A stretch of 64,000 nucleotides of DNA. It comes from an uncultured Acidobacteriota bacterium. Its GTDB lineage: Bacteria > Acidobacteriota > Vicinamibacteria > Fen-336. Shown one piece after another: positions 55,265-64,000 of the stretch. Each line of letters starts with the position of its first letter. Position 1 is the first letter of the stretch. The DNA lies in NCBI GenBank assembly GCA_963729875.1, contig CAVSPR010000004.1, positions 442,046 through 506,045 of the forward strand. Reading direction: 5' to 3'. The position numbers and the translations under genes were made by a program. The notes under the pieces are model-generated. The model had not been told where the DNA came from and searched no databases. It saw only the letters and a program-made list of their open reading frames with translations.

Positions 55265-57113
55265 ATGCCCGTCAAGCTCGGAGAACTGCTGCTGAAGGAG
55301 AACATGGTGTCTCCGCAGCAGCTCCAGGACGCGCTCAACCACCAGAAGATGAACGGGGGCAAGCTCGGCAAGGCCTTCGTCAGCCTGGGATTCGTGAAGG
55401 ACGAGGAGATCACCAGCCTTCTGTCGCGCCAGTACGGTGTCCCGTCGATCAACCTCGACCACTTCGAGGTCGATCCCGCGATCATCAAGATCATCCCCGC
55501 CGAGACGGCCCGGAAGTACCAGGTCCTGCCGCTGTCGCGCTCCGGCGCGACCCTCACGATCGCCATGGCCGACCCCACGAACGTGTTCGCCATGGACGAC
55601 ATCAAGTTCATGACGGGCTACAACGTGGAGCCGGTCGTGGCCTCGGAGAGCGCGCTCGAGGACGCGATCGAGCGCTACTACGGGTCGACCCGCTCGCTGG
55701 AGCTTCGGCGGGGGCACGGCGCGCCCGGCGGGGCGGCACGGGAGCCGGGCGGCAGCCCGGCCGGCCTCAAGGAGGTCATGGAGGGGCCGACCCTGAGCGT
55801 CGACGACATGGCCGCGATCGGCGGCCTGTCCGAGATCGACCTCGACTCGATGGGCGAGGCGGAGGCCGACGTCGAGACCGTCAAGAGCGAAGACGACGAG
55901 ATCGACCTCGGCAACCTGGCCAAGTCGGCCGACGCCGCGCCGGTCGTCAAGCTGACGAACGTGCTGCTCGTCGACTCGCTCAAGCGGGGGGCCTCGGACA
56001 TCCACATCGAGCCCTACGAGAAGGAGTTCCGGGTCCGCTTCCGGATCGACGGCATCCTGTACAACGTGATGGCGCTGCCGCATGAAGCTGCGGGACCCGC
56101 TCATCTCGCGCATCAAGATCATGGCCAAGCTGGACATCGCCGAGAAGCGCCTGCCCCAGGACGGGCGCATCAAGATCAAGATGAAGGTCGAGGACCGCAG
56201 CCGCGACCTCGACTTCCGCGTCTCCTGCCTGCCCACCCTGTGGGGCGAGAAGATCGTCATGCGGCTGCTCGACAAGTCGAAGCTGATGCTCGACATGACG
56301 AAGCTGGGCTTCGAGCCGCACTCGCTCGAGCGGTTCAAGCTCGCGATCTCCAAGCCCTACGGCATCGTCCTGGTGACCGGGCCGACCGGGTCGGGCAAGA
56401 CGAACACGCTCTACTCGGCGATCGCCGCGCTCAACAAGCCCGACACCAACATCATGACCGCCGAGGACCCGGTCGAGTTCAACCTGCCGGGGATCAACCA
56501 GGTCCAGATCAGGGACAACATCGGCCTCAACTTCGCGGCGGCGCTGCGCTCGTTCCTGCGCCAGGACCCGAACATCATCCTGGTCGGCGAGATCCGCGAC
56601 TACGAGACCGCGGAGATCGCGGTCAAGGCGGCCCTCACCGGGCACCTCGTGCTCTCGACCCTGCACACCAACGACGCGCCCTCCACCGTGTCGCGCATGG
56701 TCAACATGGGCATCGAGCCGTTCCTGGTCGGCACCGCGGTGAACCTGATCCAGGCCCAGCGCCTGGTGCGCCGCGTCTGCTCCAAGTGCAAGGTCGACGT
56801 CGCCGCCGACGTGCCGGCCAAGACGCTGATCGACATCGGCTTCACGCCCGAGCAGATCGGCACCTTCAAGGTCATGAAGGGCAAGGGTTGCGGGACCTGC
56901 AACGGCACCGGCTACAAGGGCCGGGTGGGCCTCTACGAGGTGATGGAGATCACCGAGGGGATCCGCGACCTGATCATGGTCGGGGCCACCGCGGTCGAGA
57001 TCAAGAGAAAGGCCCTCGAGGAGGGGATGCTCACCCTGCGCATGAGCGGCCTCGAGAAGATCAGAAACGGCGTGACGACCGTCGAGGAGGTCCTCCGGGA
57101 GACGGTTCTCTAG
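55265..57113 (+). CDS. pilB: Type IV pilus assembly ATPase PilB; single inserted base at ~56081
   Basis: N-terminal GSPII_E_N domain (ORF 55265..); the C-terminal ATPase continues in ORF 56082..57113 (GPTGSGKT Walker A, tetracysteine CSKC...CGTCNGTG). Junction ...ILYNVMALP|(M)KLRDPLISRIKIM. Confidence 0.85.
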
Positions 57114-57159
57114 CGCGACCGGGGGCTCCGGCCGTCGCGTCGGGATAAGGGGGTAGGGC

Positions 57160-58383
57160 GTGGCCGTCAGCCTTCACCAGTTGCTCAAGACCATGACGGA
57201 GATGGGGGGGACCGACCTCCACGTCACCACCAACTCCGCGCCGCAGATCCGCGTCGACGGCAAGCTGCGCCCGCTCGACCTGCCGCCGCTGTCGCCGGTC
57301 GAGACCAAGCAGCTCGCCTACAGCGTGCTGACCGACGCGCAGAAGCACCGCTTCGAGGAGAACCTCGAGCTCGACTTCAGCTTCGGCATCAAGGGCCTGG
57401 CCCGCTTCCGCGCGAACGTCTTCATGCAGCGCGGCGCGGTGGCGGCGGTCTACCGCACGATCCCCTACGAGATCCGCGGCTTCCGGGAGCTGGGGCTGCC
57501 CCCGGTGGTGTCCACGATCTGCGACAAGCCGCGCGGGCTGGTCCTGGTGACCGGGCCCACCGGCTCCGGCAAGTCGACGACGCTCGCCGCCATGCTCGAC
57601 AAGATCAACTCCGAGCGCCACGAGCACATGCTCACCATCGAGGACCCGATCGAGTACCTGCACCAGCACAAGAAGTGCGTGGTCAACCAGCGCGAGGTCC
57701 ACGCCGACACCCACTCCTTCGCCAACGCGCTGCGTGCCGCGCTGCGCGAGGACCCCGACGTCGTGCTGATCGGTGAGATGCGCGACCTGGAGACGATCGA
57801 GTCCGCCCTGCGCATCGCGGAGACCGGCCACTTCACCTTCGCCACCCTGCACACGAACTCGGCCTCCCAGACCATCAACCGCATCATCGACGTCTTCCCC
57901 GCGCACCAGCAGTCGCAGGTCCGGGCGCAGCTGTCGCTCGTGCTGGAGGGCATCATGTGCCAGGCCCTCCTCCCGCGCGCGAGCGGCAGCGGGCGCGCGA
58001 TGGCCATGGAGATCCTGGTCCCGAACCCCGCCATCCGCAACCTGATCCGGGAGGACAAGATCCACCAGATCTACTCCTCGATGCAGACCGGCCAGGAGAA
58101 GTACGGGATGCAGACCTTCAACCAGTCCCTGGCCAGCCTGTACTTCGCCAAGCAGATCACTCTGCAGACCGCCCTCGGCATCAGCTCGAACCCCGAGGAG
58201 CTGCAGGACATGATCAACCGCGGCGCCGGTCTCGCCACCCCGCAGACCGGGGGCCGCCGCCCGTGCGGCCGGCAGGCCGCTAGCTCCGGGAGGAAAAGAT
58301 GCCTGCTTTCGTCTGGAAGGGCAAGACGCGCGACGGCAAGGTCGTCTCCGGCGAGCGGGTCGCCGACAACAAGGAAGCGGTGA
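57160..58383 (+). CDS. pilT: Twitching-motility ATPase PilT; annotated frame overlaps pilC by 85 nt, true stop probably TAG at ~58280 after an indel near 58248-58253
   Basis: MAVSLHQLLKTMTEMGGTDLHVT..., GPTGSGKST Walker A, AIRNLIREDK. An alternative frame after the GGGGG run ends at a TAG 16 nt before the pilC RBS/ATG. Confidence 0.85.
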   Translation: MAVSLHQLLKTMTEMGGTDLHVTTNSAPQIRVDGKLRPLDLPPLSPVETKQLAYSVLTDAQKHRFEENLELDFSFGIKGLARFRANVFMQRGAVAAVYRTIPYEIRGFRELGLPPVVSTICDKPRGLVLVTGPTGSGKSTTLAAMLDKINSERHEHMLTIEDPIEYLHQHKKCVVNQREVHADTHSFANALRAALREDPDVVLIGEMRDLETIESALRIAETGHFTFATLHTNSASQTINRIIDVFPAHQQSQVRAQLSLVLEGIMCQALLPRASGSGRAMAMEILVPNPAIRNLIREDKIHQIYSSMQTGQEKYGMQTFNQSLASLYFAKQITLQTALGISSNPEELQDMINRGAGLATPQTGGRRPCGRQAASSGRKRCLLSSGRARRATARSSPASGSPTTRKR

Positions 58384-59502
58384 TGGCGCTGCTGCGGCGC
58401 GACCAGATCCTGGTCTCGTCGGTCAAGGAGAAGGGGCGCGAGATCGCCCTGCCGAAGTTCGGTGGGGGCGTGCCGGCCAAGGACCTCGCCATCTTCACCC
58501 GGCAGTTCTCGGTCATGATCGACGCCGGCCTGCCCCTCGTCCAGTGCCTCGAGATCCTGGGCGGCCAGCAGGAGAACAAGACCTTCGCCAAGGTCCTCCA
58601 GCAGACCCGCATGGACGTGGAGGGCGGGGCGAGCCTGGCCGACGCGATGCGCAAGCACCCCAAGGCCTTCGACGACCTCTTCACCAACATGATCGCGGCG
58701 GGCGAGGCGGGCGGCATCCTCGACACCATCCTCAAGCGCCTGGCGACCTACATCGAGAAGAACGTCAAGCTGAAGGCCCAGGTCAAGGGCGCCATGGTCT
58801 ACCCGATCTCGGTCATCAGCATCGCCGGCATCGTCATCAGCGTCATCCTCTGGAAGGTCATCCCCACCTTCGCCGCGATGTTCGCGGGCCTCGGCGCCGA
58901 GCTGCCGCTGCCCACGCGGTTCGTGATCGCGCTCTCCAACTGGCTGATCCGGCTGCTGCCCTTCCTCGTCGTGGGCGGCATCCTGGGAGTGATGGGGTTC
59001 AGGCGGTACTACGCCACCTACTGGCGGCCGGCGCGTCGTCGACAAGGTGGTGATCAACGCGCCCATCTTCGGCACCCTGATGCGGAAGATCGCCGTGGCC
59101 CGCTTCTGCCGCACCCTCTCGACCCTCATCTCCTCCGGCGTGCCCATCCTCGACGGCCTGGAGATCACCGCGCGGACGGCCGGCAACGCGATCGTCGAGG
59201 ACGCCATCATGGCCGTCCGCAAGGGGGTGGAGAGCGGCCTCACCATGGCCCAGCCCCTCAAGGAGACCGGGGTCTTCCCCGCGATGGTCGTCCAGATGAT
59301 CGGGGTCGGCGAGCAGACGGGCGCCCTCGACGCGATGCTCAGCAAGATCGCCGACTTCTACGAGGAGGAGGTGGACCAGGCGGTGGCCAACCTGCTCACC
59401 CTGATGGAGCCGGTCATGATCCTGTTCCTCGGCGTCACCGTCGGCGGCATCATCATCGCGATGTACCTGCCGCTGTTCGACCTCATCAGCAAGCTCTCCT
59501 GA
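58299..59502 (+). CDS. pilC: Type IV pilus inner-membrane platform protein PilC; frameshift at ~59025-59035
   Basis: N-terminal half in ORF 58299.. (MPAFVWKGKTRDGK...GSPII_F domain 1). C-terminal half in ORF 59047..59502 (VINAPIFGTLMRKIAVARFCRTLSTLISSGVPIL...). RBS GGAGGAAAAG precedes the ATG. Confidence 0.85.
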
Positions 59503-59652
59503 TGCCCCGCCCGGCGCCACGGCGCCGGGCGGAAGGACGATGAACACGCTCTCACCGAGGCTCTGGGGCAGGGACGGCCGGAGTATGGTGCGCTCGCGGG
59601 GAAGCGGTCGAGAGGGGGCACCGTCCAGGTCCGCCCGCGCTTCGCGCGGGCG

Positions 59653-61311
59653 GTGCGTATGAACGTCGCCCTGGACGGTCGGCTCCGGCGGCTGATGCTG
59701 TTCCGGGTGGTCATGGTGACCACCCTGCTCTTCCTCGTCACCTACGTCGAGGCGGTGTCGGAGACGCTCTTCGACGTCAACCCCGTCTACTTCGTCGTCG
59801 TCGCGACCTACGCCCTCACCGTCGTCTACGCCCTCGCGCTGCGCTTCGTGCCGCAGGGGGTGCCGCAGGCCTACGCCCAGGTGGTGGGGGACCTCCTCAT
59901 CATCACGGCCCTCGTGCAGGTCACCGGCGCCATCCGCACCGGCTTCCTGCTTCTGTACCCGCTCGCGGTGCTGGCCGCCGCCATGCTGGTGCCGAGGCGG
60001 GGCGCGCTCTACCTCGCGGGGCTGGCGACCGTGCTCTACGGGGGCCTGCTCCTGACCGTGCGCTCGGGGCTCCTGCTTCCCTACGGCCTGCGGGACGTGC
60101 TCGACGCCCCGCCGCGCGCGCTCGTCTACTCGGTCTTCGTGCTGGGGGTGGCCTGCGTGACGGTCGCCCTGCTGGGCACGTACCTGGCCGAGAGCCTGCA
60201 GCACGCCGGGAGGCAGCTGCGGGAGGCCGCGGTGGAGGTGGCCGACCTGCGCGGCCTCAACCAGGTCATCGTCGACAGCATCCAGAGCGGCCTGATGACG
60301 ACGGACGGCGAGGGCCGGATCCTGTACGTCAACGCCTTCGGCGAGAAGATCCTCGGGCGGCCGGCGGCGGCCGCGATAGGGCGCACGGTGCGCGAGCTGC
60401 TCGCGACGCCGCTGCTCGGCGGCCCCGAGCTCCAGGTGCGGGTCGCACGCCGGTCGCTCGCCCGGCTGGAGCTGTCCTACCAGCATCCCGAGGGTCGGCA
60501 GCGGGAGCTCGGGGTGTCGGTGACCCCGCTGGCGACCGGCGCCAGCGACCGGGGCGGCTACCTCGTGGCCTTCCAGGACCTGACCGAGATCCGCCGGCTC
60601 GAGCAGGAGGTGCGGACCAAGGAGAAGCTCGCGGCGGTGGGGGAGATGGCGGCCCTGCTCGCCCACGAGATCCGCAACCCGCTGGGCTCCATCCGGGGCT
60701 CGGCGCAGGTGCTCATGGGCGAGCCGGGCATCGCCGGCGAGCAGCAGCGCCTGCTCGAGATCATCTCCCGCGAGTCCAAGCGCCTCTCCGACACGCTCAA
60801 CCGCTTCCTCTACGAGGCCCGCTCGCCCGCCCGCCCGCGCGACCCGGTGGACCTCCGGCCGGTCCTGGAGTCGGCGGTCACGCTGCTACGCAACGCGGCC
60901 GAGGTGGGTCCGAGCCACGAGATTCGCTTCGAGGCGGACGAGGGCCCCCACGTGTGCCTGGCCGACCCGGACCAGATCGCGCAGGTATTCTGGAACCTCG
61001 CCCGCAACGCCCTCGAGGCGATGCCGGAAGGAGGGCGTCTCGACGTGGCCCTGCGCCGCACGGAGGGGGACGTCGTGCTGAGCGTGCGCGACCAGGGCCG
61101 GGGCATGGGCCGCGACGAGCAGCGCCGCCTCTTCGAGCCCCTGCCCGCCTCGGGTCGGCTGGGCGCCGGCCTCGGGCTCGCCATCGTCTTCCAGATCGTC
61201 CGCCAGCACGAGGGGGACATCACCGTGAAGAGCGTGGCCGACCAGGGCACGCAGTTCGACGTTCGGCTTCCCCTCGTCTCCGCCGGAGCACCGGCGGCCG
61301 CCCCGGCATGA
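59653..61311 (+). CDS. pilS: Sensor histidine kinase PilS (polytopic membrane domain, PAS, HisKA, HATPase)
   Basis: Six predicted TMs, a PAS-like region, H-box LAHEIRNPLGSIRGS, and N/G boxes. Confidence 0.85.
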   Translation: MRMNVALDGRLRRLMLFRVVMVTTLLFLVTYVEAVSETLFDVNPVYFVVVATYALTVVYALALRFVPQGVPQAYAQVVGDLLIITALVQVTGAIRTGFLLLYPLAVLAAAMLVPRRGALYLAGLATVLYGGLLLTVRSGLLLPYGLRDVLDAPPRALVYSVFVLGVACVTVALLGTYLAESLQHAGRQLREAAVEVADLRGLNQVIVDSIQSGLMTTDGEGRILYVNAFGEKILGRPAAAAIGRTVRELLATPLLGGPELQVRVARRSLARLELSYQHPEGRQRELGVSVTPLATGASDRGGYLVAFQDLTEIRRLEQEVRTKEKLAAVGEMAALLAHEIRNPLGSIRGSAQVLMGEPGIAGEQQRLLEIISRESKRLSDTLNRFLYEARSPARPRDPVDLRPVLESAVTLLRNAAEVGPSHEIRFEADEGPHVCLADPDQIAQVFWNLARNALEAMPEGGRLDVALRRTEGDVVLSVRDQGRGMGRDEQRRLFEPLPASGRLGAGLGLAIVFQIVRQHEGDITVKSVADQGTQFDVRLPLVSAGAPAAAPA

Positions 61312-61411
61312 CCGGACCCGCCCGGAAGGGTGCGCCACCCGCGCTTGAGGGATGCGCGACCGAGAGGGTAGCATTCGTGCGGTCACGGCACAGAGAGGAG
61401 GGGCGCGCGAG

Positions 61412-62782
61412 GTGAACCGGATCCTCATCGTCGACGACGAGCAGTCGATGAGGGACATGCTCGCCATCCTGCTCAGGAAGCAGGGGCTCGAGGTCCGCTC
61501 GGCGGGCAGCCGGGGTGAGGCGGCGGACGAGCTGGCCCGGGCGGCCTTCGACCTCGTGCTCACCGACGTCAAGCTCCCGGACGGGGACGGCCTCGAGATC
61601 CTGAGGCACGTCAAGGCGGCCTCGCCGGGTACCGCGGTCGTGGTCATGACCGCCTACGGCACCACCGAGACGGCCGTCGCCGCCCGCAAGCTGGGGGCCG
61701 AGGCCTACATCCTCAAGCCCTTCGACGTGGACGAGCTGCGCATCGTCGTGCGCGACGCGCTCGCCAACCGGAGCCTGCGGGAGGAGAACCTCCGCCTCCG
61801 GCGCGAGGTGGGCCAGGTCTACGGCCTCGACCGGGTGATCGGCGTCTCCCAGGTCATGGCGTCCCTGTTCGAGATGGTCCGCGCGATCGCGCCGACCAGC
61901 TCCACCGTGCTCGTCGAAGGGGAGAGCGGCACCGGGAAGGAGCTGGTCGCCAAGGCCATTCACGGCCTGTCCGGGCGGGCCGGCGGCCCCTTCGTGAGCG
62001 TGAACTGCGGAGCCCTGCCCGACACCCTGCTCGAGAGCGAGCTGTTCGGGTACATGAAGGGGGCCTTCACCGACGCGCGGCAGAGCCGCAAGGGACTCTT
62101 CGAGGCGGCGATCGGAGGGACGCTCTTCCTCGACGAGGTGGGGGAGACCTCTCCTCCGATGCAGGTCAAGCTGCTCCGGGCCTTGCAGGAGCGCCGCATC
62201 CGGCGGGTCGGGGGCACGGAGGAGATCGACGTGGACGTGAGGGTGATCGCGGCCACGAACGTCTCGCTCGAGAGCCTGGTCGAGCAGAAGCGGTTCCGCG
62301 AGGACCTCTTCTACCGCCTCCAGGTCATTCCCATCCGAACGCCCACGCTTCGCGAGCGCCGCGAGGACATCCCGCTCCTGGCCGAGCACTTCCTGGGACG
62401 CTTCGCCCGGCAGATGGGGAAGCGGGTCGCCAAGATCTCGGAGGAGGCGATGTCCCTCCTGCAGGACTTCACCTGGCCGGGAAACGTGCGCCAGCTCGAG
62501 AACGTGATCGAGCGGGCGGTCGCGTTGGAGACGACCGAGGCCGTGCTGCCGGAGCGGCTCCCCGAGGAGATCCGGCGCCCGACGCGCTCGGAGCCGTTGC
62601 CCGCGATGGGGGACGGCTTCAGCCTCGACGCGTACCTGCTGTCGGTCGAGGCCCGCCTCCTGGGCGAGGCCCTGGACCGCGCGCGCGGGGATCGGGCCGA
62701 CGCGGCGCGGCTGCTGGGGGTCTCCCCGCGTTCGCTGCGCTACCTCCTGCAGAAGCACGGCGGGGTGGGCGACAAGAATTGA
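61412..62782 (+). CDS. pilR: Sigma54-dependent response regulator PilR (NtrC family)
   Basis: REC (ILIVDDEQSMRDML...LTDVKLPDGDG), AAA+ (EGESGTGKE; GAFTDA sigma54-contact), C-terminal HTH. Alternative ATG at 61352. Confidence 0.9.
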   Translation: MNRILIVDDEQSMRDMLAILLRKQGLEVRSAGSRGEAADELARAAFDLVLTDVKLPDGDGLEILRHVKAASPGTAVVVMTAYGTTETAVAARKLGAEAYILKPFDVDELRIVVRDALANRSLREENLRLRREVGQVYGLDRVIGVSQVMASLFEMVRAIAPTSSTVLVEGESGTGKELVAKAIHGLSGRAGGPFVSVNCGALPDTLLESELFGYMKGAFTDARQSRKGLFEAAIGGTLFLDEVGETSPPMQVKLLRALQERRIRRVGGTEEIDVDVRVIAATNVSLESLVEQKRFREDLFYRLQVIPIRTPTLRERREDIPLLAEHFLGRFARQMGKRVAKISEEAMSLLQDFTWPGNVRQLENVIERAVALETTEAVLPERLPEEIRRPTRSEPLPAMGDGFSLDAYLLSVEARLLGEALDRARGDRADAARLLGVSPRSLRYLLQKHGGVGDKN

Positions 62783-62789
62783 CCCGTTG

Positions 62790-63209
62790 ACAATTCTCGT
62801 CCGGGGCCGGCTCGATTCCGACACCAGTACACGTTGAAAAAGCTGGACTTATGCCCTGCGAGGCACATGGCAGGCGGATTGCTTGCAGTAAGGAATAAGG
62901 TATGAGTGCCTCCATTGAAAGGAAGGCTGAGCAGATGAAAAAGCAAAAGGGTTTCACCCTGATCGAGCTGCTGATCGTCGTGGCGATCATCGGCATCATC
63001 GCGGCGATCGCGATCCCGAGCCTCCTCCGGGCGCGCGTGTCGGCCAACGAATCGGCCACCATCGGCGACATCCGGACGGTCATTTCGGGGCAGGCTGCCT
63101 ACCAGTCCGCCAACGGCGGCTGGTACGCGGGCAACTTCACGTGCTTGAGCGTCCCGAGCGGCGGCGGCTGCATTCCCAACTACCTCACCACCGCGCCGAC
63201 GTTCCTCGA
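62790..63209 (+). repeat. Tandem duplication unit 1 (pilA promoter + 5' ~270 nt of pilA); ~98% identical to 63581-64000
   Basis: Direct alignment at an offset of 791 bp shows only a handful of substitutions across the promoter, RBS and first ~90 codons. Confidence 0.8.
62868..62883 (+). promoter_or_regulatory. Sigma54 (RpoN) -24/-12 promoter TGGCAG-N5-TTGCT for pilA1
   Basis: TGGCAGGCGGATTGCT matches the TGGCAC-N5-TTGCW consensus. PilR (a sigma54 activator) is encoded immediately upstream. Confidence 0.65.
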
Positions 63210-63474
63210 CAGCGCGATCACCGGTCTGCAGGCCAAGTCCGGCTACAACCGCACCTTCTCCCCTGGCAACACCGTCACCGTGAACACCCTGGTTTCCGGC
63301 ACCGCCAGCGTCGCGAGCTTCGCCTATGCCTCGACCCCGGTGACCTCCGGCCAGACGGGCGTCCGCGGGTTCGCCGGGGACGCGAGCGGCGTCCTCTGCT
63401 TCAACGCGAACGGCTCGGCGTTCCCGATCACCACCGGCGCGCTCGATCTCGCCGCCTGCAACATCCTGCAGTAA
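62935..63474 (+). CDS. pilA: Type IV major pilin PilA, copy 1
   Basis: MKKQKGFTLIELLIVVAIIGIIAAIAIPSL prepilin leader/methylation motif with Glu at +5, C-terminal Cys pair. RBS AGGAAGG upstream. Confidence 0.9.
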   Translation: MKKQKGFTLIELLIVVAIIGIIAAIAIPSLLRARVSANESATIGDIRTVISGQAAYQSANGGWYAGNFTCLSVPSGGGCIPNYLTTAPTFLDSAITGLQAKSGYNRTFSPGNTVTVNTLVSGTASVASFAYASTPVTSGQTGVRGFAGDASGVLCFNANGSAFPITTGALDLAACNILQ

Positions 63475-63493
63475 GCTGGCTCGCGCCGCACGT

Positions 63494-63527
63494 GGGGCCC
63501 GGGGGCGACCCCGGGCCTCCTTTTTTT
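63494..63527 (+). terminator. Rho-independent terminator GGCCCGGGGG-cgac-CCCCGGGCC followed by TTTTTTT, downstream of pilA1
   Basis: Seen directly: a perfect GC stem plus a 7-T tract. Confidence 0.65.
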
Positions 63528-63661
63528 GGGGACAGTTCCACGTTCGTCAGCGGGCAAGGTGCCGACGAGAATTGACGGCTTGACAATTCTTGTCAAGGGG
63601 CCGGCTCGATTCCGACACCAGTACACATTGAAAAAGCAGGACTTATGCCCTGTAAGGCACA

Positions 63662-63677
63662 TGGCAGGCGGATTGCT
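63662..63677 (+). promoter_or_regulatory. Sigma54 -24/-12 promoter TGGCAG-N5-TTGCT for pilA2
   Basis: Identical core to the pilA1 promoter. Confidence 0.65.
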
Positions 63678-63725
63678 TACCACACAGGCAGCCATGCGAT
63701 GCTATGGCGAAAGGAAGGTTGAGCA

Positions 63726-64000
63726 GATGAAGAAGCAGAAGGGCTTCACCCTGATCGAGCTGCTGATCGTCGTGGCGATCATCGGCATCATCGCGGCGAT
63801 CGCGATCCCGAGCCTCCTCCGGGCGCGCGTGTCGGCCAACGAGTCGGCCACCATCGGCGACATCCGGACGGTCATTTCGGGGCAGGCTGCCTACCAGTCC
63901 GCCAACGGCGGCTGGTACGCGGGCAACATCACGTGCCTGAGCGTCCCGAGCGGCGGGGGCTGCATTCCCAACTACCTCAACACCGCGCCGACGTTCCTCG
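63726..64000 (+). CDS. pilA: Type IV pilin PilA, copy 2; 3' end beyond the window
   Basis: MKKQKGFTLIELLIVVAIIGIIAAIAIPSLLRARVSANESATIGDIRTVISGQAAYQSANGGWYAGNITCLSVPSGGGCIPNYLNTAPTF differs from copy 1 at only two or three residues so far. Confidence 0.85.

Larger units (their letters stand above)
63581..64000 (+). repeat. Tandem duplication unit 2 (pilA2 promoter + 5' coding region), continues beyond the window
   Basis: See unit 1. Includes the perfect palindrome CTTGACAATTCTTGTCAAG at 63578-63596. Confidence 0.8.

Noticed and set aside
62781-64000. Possible CRISPR-like or mobile-element repeat at the pilA duplication
   Set aside because: The repeat unit is ~790 bp and contains a complete promoter + pilin gene. 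There are no short spacers, no cas genes, and no transposase or integrase.

Overview
This is a high-GC (~70%) bacterial chromosome segment. The TonB-dependent receptor with a CarboxypepD_reg-like N-terminus, the pilin N-terminus MKKQKGFTLIELLIVVAIIG... and the PilS/PilR regulators fit an Acidobacteria- or Myxococcota-like Gram-negative organism; the lineage cannot be fixed from sequence alone. No rRNA, tRNA, CRISPR, transposase or integrase was seen, and most very long R/G/A-rich six-frame ORFs are antisense artefacts of the high GC.

Gene blocks, 5' to 3':
(1) 1-4.1 kb: a partial AlkP-family phosphodiesterase and a TonB-dependent receptor.
(2) 4.4-11.3 kb, minus strand: membrane GcvH-like protein, PsrB/HybA-like 4Fe-4S protein and NrfD/PsrC-like quinone-interacting membrane protein, followed by a sensor histidine kinase carrying two CxxCH c-type haem motifs in its periplasmic domain and a sigma54-dependent NtrC-family response regulator. 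A rare bacterial archaemetzincin-like protease sits at the end.
(3) 11.6-13.4 kb: a GT-C (ArnT/PMT-like) glycosyltransferase.
(4) 13.4-18.5 kb, minus strand: a group-3b-type cytoplasmic [NiFe] hydrogenase, beta-gamma-delta-alpha plus maturation protease, with a cNMP-binding protein inserted between beta and gamma.
(5) 18.6-27.8 kb: FHA/zinc-ribbon protein, an acidic Asp/Glu-rich ORF, lipA, frameshifted cysteine desulfurase, pncB, a SAM hydroxide adenosyltransferase homologue, enoyl-CoA hydratase, acyl-CoA dehydrogenase and glpX.
(6) 28.1-34.5 kb: type IV pilus pilMNOPQ plus two lipoproteins.
(7) 34.5-40.3 kb: a translationally coupled TPR plus Roadblock/LC7 pair, accB, accC, folD and coaE.
(8) 40.3-45.8 kb, minus strand: LPS/Kdo genes lapB, kpsF, kdsA, pyrG and kdsB.
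(9) 45.8-55.1 kb: an ArnB/ArnC/ArnT-like glycosylation island with a DegT aminotransferase, a GT2, a hexapeptide acetyltransferase and three YfhO-family GT-C paralogues.
(10) 55.2-64.0 kb: pilB, pilT, pilC, pilS, pilR, then two tandem near-identical pilA genes, each behind its own sigma54 -24/-12 promoter.

At least 15 genes are split across reading frames by single-base indels, often in G/C runs: the sensor kinase, iscS, the acyl-CoA dehydrogenase, folD, coaE, kpsF, kdsA, pyrG, the second YfhO paralogue, pilB, pilC and probably pilT. That pattern points to assembly indel errors rather than real pseudogenes, so coordinates for those genes are approximate.
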